Source: Candidatus Bipolaricaulota bacterium (lineage in GTDB: Bacteria > Bipolaricaulota > Bipolaricaulia > UBA7950 > UBA9294). Taken from it: a stretch of DNA of 11,482 nt. Below the pieces are notes generated by a model, which worked only from the letters and a program-made list of their open reading frames with translations, was not told where the DNA came from and ran no database searches. This document shows, piece after piece, positions 5,822 through 11,482 of this stretch (its first letter is position 1; every line of letters begins with the position of its first letter). The position numbers and the translations under genes were made by a program. The DNA is taken from contig JBFMGK010000074.1 in assembly GCA_040752575.1 (NCBI GenBank), positions 1-11,482 on the forward strand, given 5' to 3'.

Positions 5822-8218
5822 TCATGTCCTGACAACCGAGACAATGCGGTCGTCATCGTCGAGTTGGATCAGGCGCACGCCACGCGCATAGCGGCGGTAG
5901 ACACTGATGTCGCCTGCCAGGATACGGATCACTTTGGCTTCCGTGGTCAGGATGATCTCGTCCTGGTCCGAGACAATGGTGACCGCCTCGAGCGCGCCGG
6001 AGTCGGCGTCGAGCTTGATGCCCTGGACACCCTTGCCGCCACGTCCCTGCAACGGGAAGTCGTCCAGAGACACGCGCTTTCCATAGCCTCGCTCGGTCAC
6101 CATCAACAGCTTCTTCTCCATGGTGATCTCGCGTCCGAGGCAGGCCATCCCGATGACGTGGTCCCCCTCGTCAAGCCGGATCCCAATTACGCCGCGAGAC
6201 GGCCGCCTGGTGAGCCGCACCTCTTCCTCGCGGAACCGAATCGTCTGACCGAACCGCGTCGCGAGGATGACATCGCCGTCGCCTACCGCAACATCCACCA
6301 GGCGGTCGTCGTCGTCGGCATTGAGCGCGATGATCCCGCTGGCATGGACGTTCGAGTAGTCGGCCAGTCGATTCTTGTTGACGATCCCGTTGGCCGTGGC
6401 CATGAGACAGAGCTCATCCTCGACCAGGGCGAATCCGCGGACCGGGAGAACGGTGCGAACGACCTCGTCCTGATCGAGGGGAATGAGCGTGCGAACGTTC
6501 TTCCCGGAGGCATCCCGGCCCAGCGACGGGAGCCGGTGTCCCTGCGTGCGATAGACCTTGCGACGGTCCGTGAAGAAGAGCAACTCGTCGCGCGCATTCA
6601 CGAGGCTGGTGACATGGATGTAGTCATCGTCCTTGGTTCGCTGCCCGATGACCCCCTTGCCGCCGCGCCCCTGACTGCGGAACTCGAGCGCGCGCGGCGC
6701 GTTGACGTACCCTCGGTGCGACACCGTGACCATCAGATCGTAGTCAGGAATGAGCTCGCTGGAGTCGACGGACCCGTCGTCGTTCTCGATCGCCGTGCGG
6801 CGTGCGTCGGGGTACCGCTCGGCGATCTCACGCAGCTCCCGCTTGATCGTCTCGTCGAGCGTCACCTCGCTCCCCAGGATGTCTTCGTACGAGGCGATGG
6901 CCCGCTTCTTTTCCTCGTACTCGGCGTCGATCTTGTCGCCCTCGAGGGACGTCAGTTGCGCGAGGCGCATCTTCAGAATCGCATCGACTTGTTCGTCCGA
7001 CAGGGCGAACGTCCCCTGCAACTCCCGCGACGCCGCCTCGGAGTCCCTCGCTCCCCGGATGACCGCGATCACGTGGTCGATGTCGCCGAGAGCCGTGCGG
7101 TAGCCTTCGAGGATGTGGGCCCGCTTCTTCGCAACGTCCAGCCTGTGCTCCGTCCTCCGGCGTACGACCTCGCGGCGGAAGTCGATGAACGAGTTGAGGA
7201 TCTCCTTCAGCGTGAGAGTCCTCGGGTTGCCGTCGACGATCACGAGGAAGATGGCGGAGAAGCTCTTCTCGAGCGGGGTAAACTTGAACAGCTGATTGAG
7301 AACGACATTGGGATTCGCCGAGCGCTTCAGCTCGACGACGATCCGAAGTCCCTCGCGATCGGATTCGTCTCGCAGGTCGGCCATACCGTCGATGTCGCCG
7401 GACTGCACCTTTTCTGCGATCGCTTCAACGATCGAGGACTTCCGAACCTGGAAAGGAATCTCGTGGATGACGATCTGATCGTCGTCCATCGTCGCCTTGC
7501 CCCGCAACGTGATCTTCCCCAACCCTGTGCGGTACATCTCCTCGATCCCGGCGCGCCCCATGATCGTCCCTCCGGTCGGGAAATCGGGGCCGCGGATGTA
7601 CTGCATGAGATCCTTCGCCGTCAGGAAAGGACTGTCCATCAGCGCGATGACCCCATCGACGAGCTCGCCCAGGTGGTGCGGTGGGATCTGCGTGGTCATC
7701 CCCACGGAGATCCCCCACGAGCCATTCATCAGGAGGTGGGGAACCTTGGCCGGCAGGACGACGGGCTCTTCGAGCGACTCGTCGAAGTTGGGGATCCAAT
7801 CGACCGTCTTCTCGCCCAGCTCTTCGAGGAACTCCATCGCGACCGGGGCGAGCCGCGCTTCGGTGTATCTCGTCGCGGCCGCCGTGTCGCCGTCGATCGA
7901 GCCGAAGTTGCCCTGCCCATCCACGAGCGGGTACCGGAACGAGAACGGCTGCGCCATGTTCACCATGGTGTCGTAGATGGCCAGCTCGCCGTGGGGATGG
8001 AACTTCCCCATCACCTCACCGACGACGCGGGCCGACTTGCGGTGCGGCTTGCCGGACGCGACGCCGAGTTCGCTCATCCCATAGAGGATCCGCCGTTGGA
8101 CAGGCTTGAGGCCGTCGCGAACGTCCGGGATCGCACGGCCCCGGATGACGCTCATCGCGTAGTTGATGTAGGACTGCTCCATCTCCTCTTCGATGAATAC
8201 GCGTTCGATCCGTTCCAT
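5822..8218 (-). CDS. gyrA: DNA gyrase subunit A
   Basis: Motifs [45 protein letters not shown] and [12 protein letters not shown]; catalytic RYTE (Tyr at 7865-7867). The C-terminal beta-pinwheel has a GyrA-box QGRGGKG (6653-6673), which favours GyrA over ParC. G-rich SD (GGAGG) precedes the ATG. Confidence 0.93.
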   Translation of the reverse strand: MERIERVFIEEEMEQSYINYAMSVIRGRAIPDVRDGLKPVQRRILYGMSELGVASGKPHRKSARVVGEVMGKFHPHGELAIYDTMVNMAQPFSFRYPLVDGQGNFGSIDGDTAAATRYTEARLAPVAMEFLEELGEKTVDWIPNFDESLEEPVVLPAKVPHLLMNGSWGISVGMTTQIPPHHLGELVDGVIALMDSPFLTAKDLMQYIRGPDFPTGGTIMGRAGIEEMYRTGLGKITLRGKATMDDDQIVIHEIPFQVRKSSIVEAIAEKVQSGDIDGMADLRDESDREGLRIVVELKRSANPNVVLNQLFKFTPLEKSFSAIFLVIVDGNPRTLTLKEILNSFIDFRREVVRRRTEHRLDVAKKRAHILEGYRTALGDIDHVIAVIRGARDSEAASRELQGTFALSDEQVDAILKMRLAQLTSLEGDKIDAEYEEKKRAIASYEDILGSEVTLDETIKRELREIAERYPDARRTAIENDDGSVDSSELIPDYDLMVTVSHRGYVNAPRALEFRSQGRGGKGVIGQRTKDDDYIHVTSLVNARDELLFFTDRRKVYRTQGHRLPSLGRDASGKNVRTLIPLDQDEVVRTVLPVRGFALVEDELCLMATANGIVNKNRLADYSNVHASGIIALNADDDDRLVDVAVGDGDVILATRFGQTIRFREEEVRLTRRPSRGVIGIRLDEGDHVIGMACLGREITMEKKLLMVTERGYGKRVSLDDFPLQGRGGKGVQGIKLDADSGALEAVTIVSDQDEIILTTEAKVIRILAGDISVYRRYARGVRLIQLDDDDRIVSVVRT

Positions 8219-8274
8219 GGTCCCCTCCCCCCGCCCAAGCAGCGTGCGGTGTACGACGAACTCGACGGGAAGAG

Positions 8275-8303
8275 AGCATACCGCAAGGCGGTTGCGGATT
8301 CAC
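8275..8303 (-). promoter_or_regulatory. Candidate sigma70-type promoter for gyrA-tyrS (-35 GTGAAT, 17-bp spacer, -10 TATGCT)
   Basis: This is the only sizeable intergenic region (8219-8322). The minus strand reads GTGAAT-ccgcaaccgccttgcgg-TATGCT with exact 17-bp spacing. Pattern match only. Confidence 0.4.
8281..8297. repeat. Perfect 6-bp inverted repeat CCGCAA-N5-TTGCGG
   Basis: Read directly from the sequence: ccgcaa ggcgg ttgcgg. Confidence 0.75.
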
Positions 8304-8322
8304 TTCGGCCGATGAACTGCTG

Positions 8323-10824
8323 TCAGCCAGTCGGAGAACGCCCCACGCGCTGCGGGAGTTTCCGCCGAACGAGTTCGAGCAAGAACAGCGCGAGTCCGAA
8401 AAGGAGCAACCCATCGCGCAGAGCGCGCACGGCGCCCCGTCCAGTCGGCGGCAGATCGGCCAGGCCGGCATCGGCGATCAGAACCCTCCCCCCGGTAGCT
8501 CGCGCGATTCCCCTCAACGTCTCGTCGTCGACCCCCAGGTGGCGGAACTCGTCGGGATAGGGCACGGTGAAGGCAAGCGACGTCGTTCGCCGATTCGTCA
8601 AATCCTCAATCGAAAGGACGTAAGCCCCCTGCGACGGCAATGGAAGGTCGGCCGCGTAGAGGCCCGGCCCGACCTGGAGAAGCGGGGTCATCTCTCCACG
8701 AGGGAGAACGACGGCCTGCAACGCGAGGAAGTCAACGAATGTTCGGTCGTTCCGGCGGGCCTCAACGGTGATTGCCAGGCGGTCTCGTCCGACGTCGATC
8801 GAGGGGAAGAGCCCCTCACCGGCCCACGTCTCGGCGTCCACGGTTCCGAGAAGCGCGTCGAGGAGGAGAGGCGCCCGACTCCACGACAGCCACTCGCGAG
8901 TCCAATCTCCAGCCAAATCGGCATTGACCACGCCGACTCGTCCGAGTCCGACGCGCCAGCGCGCGACCACGGGGTCCTTGCCGACCGCCAGCAGGACTTC
9001 GGCGGTCGGCCGCGGGTACGTCAAGGCGTATCCGTGGAGCGGGGGAAGCGCCGCCAAATCCCCGGAAGCCAGCGGCCCCACGGCCGTCGACTCGCCTGTG
9101 ATGAACCGCCCGCGAAGGATGTGGCGCGTCGCCTCCAGGGAGACCTGTGGCAGTCTGGCAAAGTCCTCGGCCACGTACAGCACGCCCCGACCCGCGCTCG
9201 CCAGTCGATCGAGCAACGCGCGATTCGGCTGCGGTCCGACGGCGATCACCGACAGATGAACGTCGGTCGCGTCGGCCAGCCTCATCAGAAGTCCGTCCCA
9301 GTCGTGTTCTTCCTCGGCCGTCTTCCCGTCAGAGAGGACAAGGATGTGCTTCACTCGGGCTTCGACGTTGCGCAGGGCATCGAGGGCCGCCGCGACGGGA
9401 CGGTAGAGATCCGTCCCGCCGCTCGCGCGCAGCGACTGAAGCGCAGCGTAAAGACTGCGCCCGTCGGCCACGGGGGCCACGGCCTGAACCCAGACAGGCT
9501 CACGATCAAATACAAGAATGCCGACCAGCGTGTCGGGTTCTAGAAGGCCGATGCTTGCCGCGGCGACCTCCTTGAGGACGTCGATCTTGATCGCCCCCTC
9601 GGCCCGTTCCTGCATACTGCCCGAGCGATCGAGCACGTACACGACCGCGAGGCTGGCCTGTTCCGCACGCTCGGGAACGGTAAAGGTCACGGGCAGAAGA
9701 TCCTCCAGCGGCACGCTCCCTACCCCGCGAAGCTCCGTCTCTCCTTCGGCGATCAGGAGCCCTCCGCCGAGATCGGCGACGAAAGAACGCAGGGTTCGCA
9801 CGTCTTCGCGCGTCATCGTCGCCAGAGAGATGCCCGTCACGAGGAGCTCTCGCGACCTCTGAAGATCGGCAAGCGTCGGGACGCTCGCACGGACCGTGTA
9901 GGCGCGTCCGGCCGTGCGGAGCGCGGCGTCGAGCGCGGCGGGGACCTCGGGCGCGACGATCCAGAGCGGCGGCGGGCCTTCGATTTCGGCCACGGCCGAC
10001 AGGGAGTCGTTCTGCGGGACGGGGTCGCCCGGACGCTTCACAAGCGCTTGATAGGCCGCAGCGCCCCCGCCGTTCACCCTGTCCACGATCTGGAAGGCCG
10101 TCCATCCCTCGCGCAGTGCCACCGTTTCTTGGGCCACCGGTTCTCCATCACGATAGAGAGACAGCTCGGCCGGGCCCGCGCCATCGGATTCCACGACGAT
10201 CTCGATCGCGAAGGGCCGATCGACCTCGATGCGCACCGGCACATCAAGGCGGAGTAGGCGGGCGTCGAGCGAGCCCACGCCCGAGAGAGGAAGCACGGAG
10301 ACAGGAACGCCCGCCGCCCGGGCCGCCGTGACCCCCTCGAGAAGACCCTCTGTGATTCGGCCGTCGCTCAACAGGACGAGATGGCTTTCGCCGTCCTTCG
10401 GCAGCGCGGCAAGCGCAAGCTCAATCGCTGCGGAAAGGTCGGTCGCCTGCCCCAGGTCCTCTGCGCTGGCGACGCCGGGAAGGGGCAGAGGGTCCTCGGA
10501 GAGCCCCACAGAGATCTCCGCGAGGGCGGCAAACGACACGACGCCGAAGCTGCGGTCGGCGTTCGCCTTGCGGAGTGCGGCGAGGGCCTCGTCTGATGCC
10601 CGGGCAGGTACGGACAGCGCAACGCTTGGGGACCGGTCGAGCAAGACGATCACGTTCTCGCGATCCGCTGCGCGACGGACTTCCGGCTCGGCAAGCGCTA
10701 GGAGAAGGGCCAGGCCGGCGAGCGTTGGGAGGACGAGGTCTCGCCCCCGCCGTCGTCCCCGGAAGAGAAGCGCGACCACGGGAATCACGCCGAGGAGGGC
10801 GAACGGCGCCGCGAAGCGAATCAC
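8323..10824 (-). CDS. Membrane-anchored protein with two VWA (MIDAS) domains, Ig-like and GATase-like segments (type found in MoxR/DUF58/BatA clusters)
   Basis: GTG 10824 has AGGAGG at 10830-10835 and a GTGA overlap with the upstream stop; 833 aa. BatA-like N-terminal TM (IRFAAPFALLG). VWA1: LLDRSPS/TDL/LLSDG. VWA2: VLDRSGS/GGTDL/VLSDG. Also GGGLLI..G, LLPV, PVVARWRVGLGRV, IARATGG and a C-terminal TM followed by RRK. Confidence 0.82.
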   Translation of the reverse strand: MIRFAAPFALLGVIPVVALLFRGRRRGRDLVLPTLAGLALLLALAEPEVRRAADRENVIVLLDRSPSVALSVPARASDEALAALRKANADRSFGVVSFAALAEISVGLSEDPLPLPGVASAEDLGQATDLSAAIELALAALPKDGESHLVLLSDGRITEGLLEGVTAARAAGVPVSVLPLSGVGSLDARLLRLDVPVRIEVDRPFAIEIVVESDGAGPAELSLYRDGEPVAQETVALREGWTAFQIVDRVNGGGAAAYQALVKRPGDPVPQNDSLSAVAEIEGPPPLWIVAPEVPAALDAALRTAGRAYTVRASVPTLADLQRSRELLVTGISLATMTREDVRTLRSFVADLGGGLLIAEGETELRGVGSVPLEDLLPVTFTVPERAEQASLAVVYVLDRSGSMQERAEGAIKIDVLKEVAAASIGLLEPDTLVGILVFDREPVWVQAVAPVADGRSLYAALQSLRASGGTDLYRPVAAALDALRNVEARVKHILVLSDGKTAEEEHDWDGLLMRLADATDVHLSVIAVGPQPNRALLDRLASAGRGVLYVAEDFARLPQVSLEATRHILRGRFITGESTAVGPLASGDLAALPPLHGYALTYPRPTAEVLLAVGKDPVVARWRVGLGRVGVVNADLAGDWTREWLSWSRAPLLLDALLGTVDAETWAGEGLFPSIDVGRDRLAITVEARRNDRTFVDFLALQAVVLPRGEMTPLLQVGPGLYAADLPLPSQGAYVLSIEDLTNRRTTSLAFTVPYPDEFRHLGVDDETLRGIARATGGRVLIADAGLADLPPTGRGAVRALRDGLLLFGLALFLLELVRRKLPQRVGRSPTG

Positions 10825-11480
10825 CTGCGCCTCCTGATCAGGCCGCCCCGCAGGAAGGCCACGCTCTCGGCCGCCAAGAACAGAAGAGCTGCTCCTGTCG
10901 CTAGCGGCCAAAGCGGCACGAGGACCTCGTCAAGGCGCACGGGAGTCTCGCCCGGCCGCTCGACGACTCCCGACCCGGAGGGGTGCGGGGACTCCCCGCC
11001 GGCGACGTTCACGGCGATGGGGAAGACGCCTGTCTGTGCCGTGAGTTCATAGAGGCCCGGAGACCGCGCGAGGAAACCGAACGCCTCGGGGTTCACCTCG
11101 ACTTCCCGTCCCGACGGCTCCCTGAGCCGTATCGGAGTCCCGTAGGGGCTGAACGCAATGGCATCGCCAGCCGCAAAGGCCCCGGCCGGCGTCGAAGGGC
11201 TGGCGAGGGCGAGCCAACGCAATGCGTTCTCCATCAGGATCGGAAAGTCCACCGTGAGCGGGAGGTTCGTTTCCATGGGGGTCGGCGCGAGGAGCACGAC
11301 GCGGCGATCTGGAAGATCGGCCCGCCACAGCACCGGCATGCCGCCGAGGGAGAGCACCGTGATGCCGGGGACGTGCGTCGTCACCGTGGGGGCAAGGCGC
11401 ACGACGAAGTTCTCCGGTTCCACATCGGCGAGCAGTCCATCCTCTGGGCTCTCGACCGACAGTTCCTCGGCGACGCGGCT
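10821..11480 (-). CDS. C-terminal part of a membrane-anchored BatA/VWA-cluster-type protein, 5'-truncated by the window edge
   Basis: The frame stays open to the window end (SRVAEELSVESPEDGLLADVEPE...). Motifs TNLPLTVDFPILMENALRWL, PGLYEL..IAVN...ES and a C-terminal TM LWPLATGAALLFLAAE with a basic tail resemble BatA/VWA partner proteins. It is translationally coupled to the downstream VWA gene. Confidence 0.6.
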   Translation of the reverse strand, partial: SRVAEELSVESPEDGLLADVEPENFVVRLAPTVTTHVPGITVLSLGGMPVLWRADLPDRRVVLLAPTPMETNLPLTVDFPILMENALRWLALASPSTPAGAFAAGDAIAFSPYGTPIRLREPSGREVEVNPEAFGFLARSPGLYELTAQTGVFPIAVNVAGGESPHPSGSGVVERPGETPVRLDEVLVPLWPLATGAALLFLAAESVAFLRGGLIRRRR

Positions 11481-11482
11481 CA

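Noticed and set aside
5822..8218. parC instead of gyrA
   Set aside because: It has a canonical GyrA-box at the start of a full-length CTD and a GyrA-like N-terminus, despite the absence of an adjacent gyrB.
8219..8322. T-box, tRNA or intrinsic terminator in the intergenic region
   Set aside because: The region is too short for a T-box and shows no T-box consensus, no cloverleaf and no U-tract after the hairpins.
5630..8560. 976-aa + strand ORF
   Set aside because: It is the antisense shadow of gyrA in codon register. Long stop-free antisense frames are expected with GC-rich codon bias, and it has no recognisable motifs.
8539..9543. 334-aa + strand ORF and other short overlapping ORFs in the VWA gene
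   Set aside because: They are antisense or off-frame to a motif-supported CDS and have low-information Arg/Pro/Ala-rich translations.

Overview
High-GC bacterial DNA with dense coding in two convergent blocks. The + strand (1-4604) carries the 3' half of a translationally coupled, Thermococcales-type membrane-bound [NiFe]-hydrogenase operon (group 4, MBH): partial mbhH, then mbhI-J-K-L-M-N. The large subunit has intact L1/L2 CxxC motifs and a cleavable C-terminal tail. The - strand (11482-4609) carries the C-terminal part of a BatA/VWA-cluster-type membrane protein, an 833-aa protein with two VWA domains, a 104-bp spacer with a candidate promoter, gyrA and tyrS. The most unusual signals lie inside housekeeping genes. 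TyrRS has lost both class I signature motifs (HIGH reads TLGH, KMSKS reads AMSQT) but keeps its tyrosine pocket and S4 domain. The adjacent GyrA carries a quinolone-resistance-type QRDR ([10 protein letters not shown]). The hydrogenase L2 motif has an extra Cys (DPCMCCMDR). An anaerobic lineage such as Ca. Bipolaricaulota is a plausible host, but that is inference only. No rRNA, tRNA, CRISPR array or mobile element was seen. All family comparisons are from recalled consensus sequences; no database search was run.
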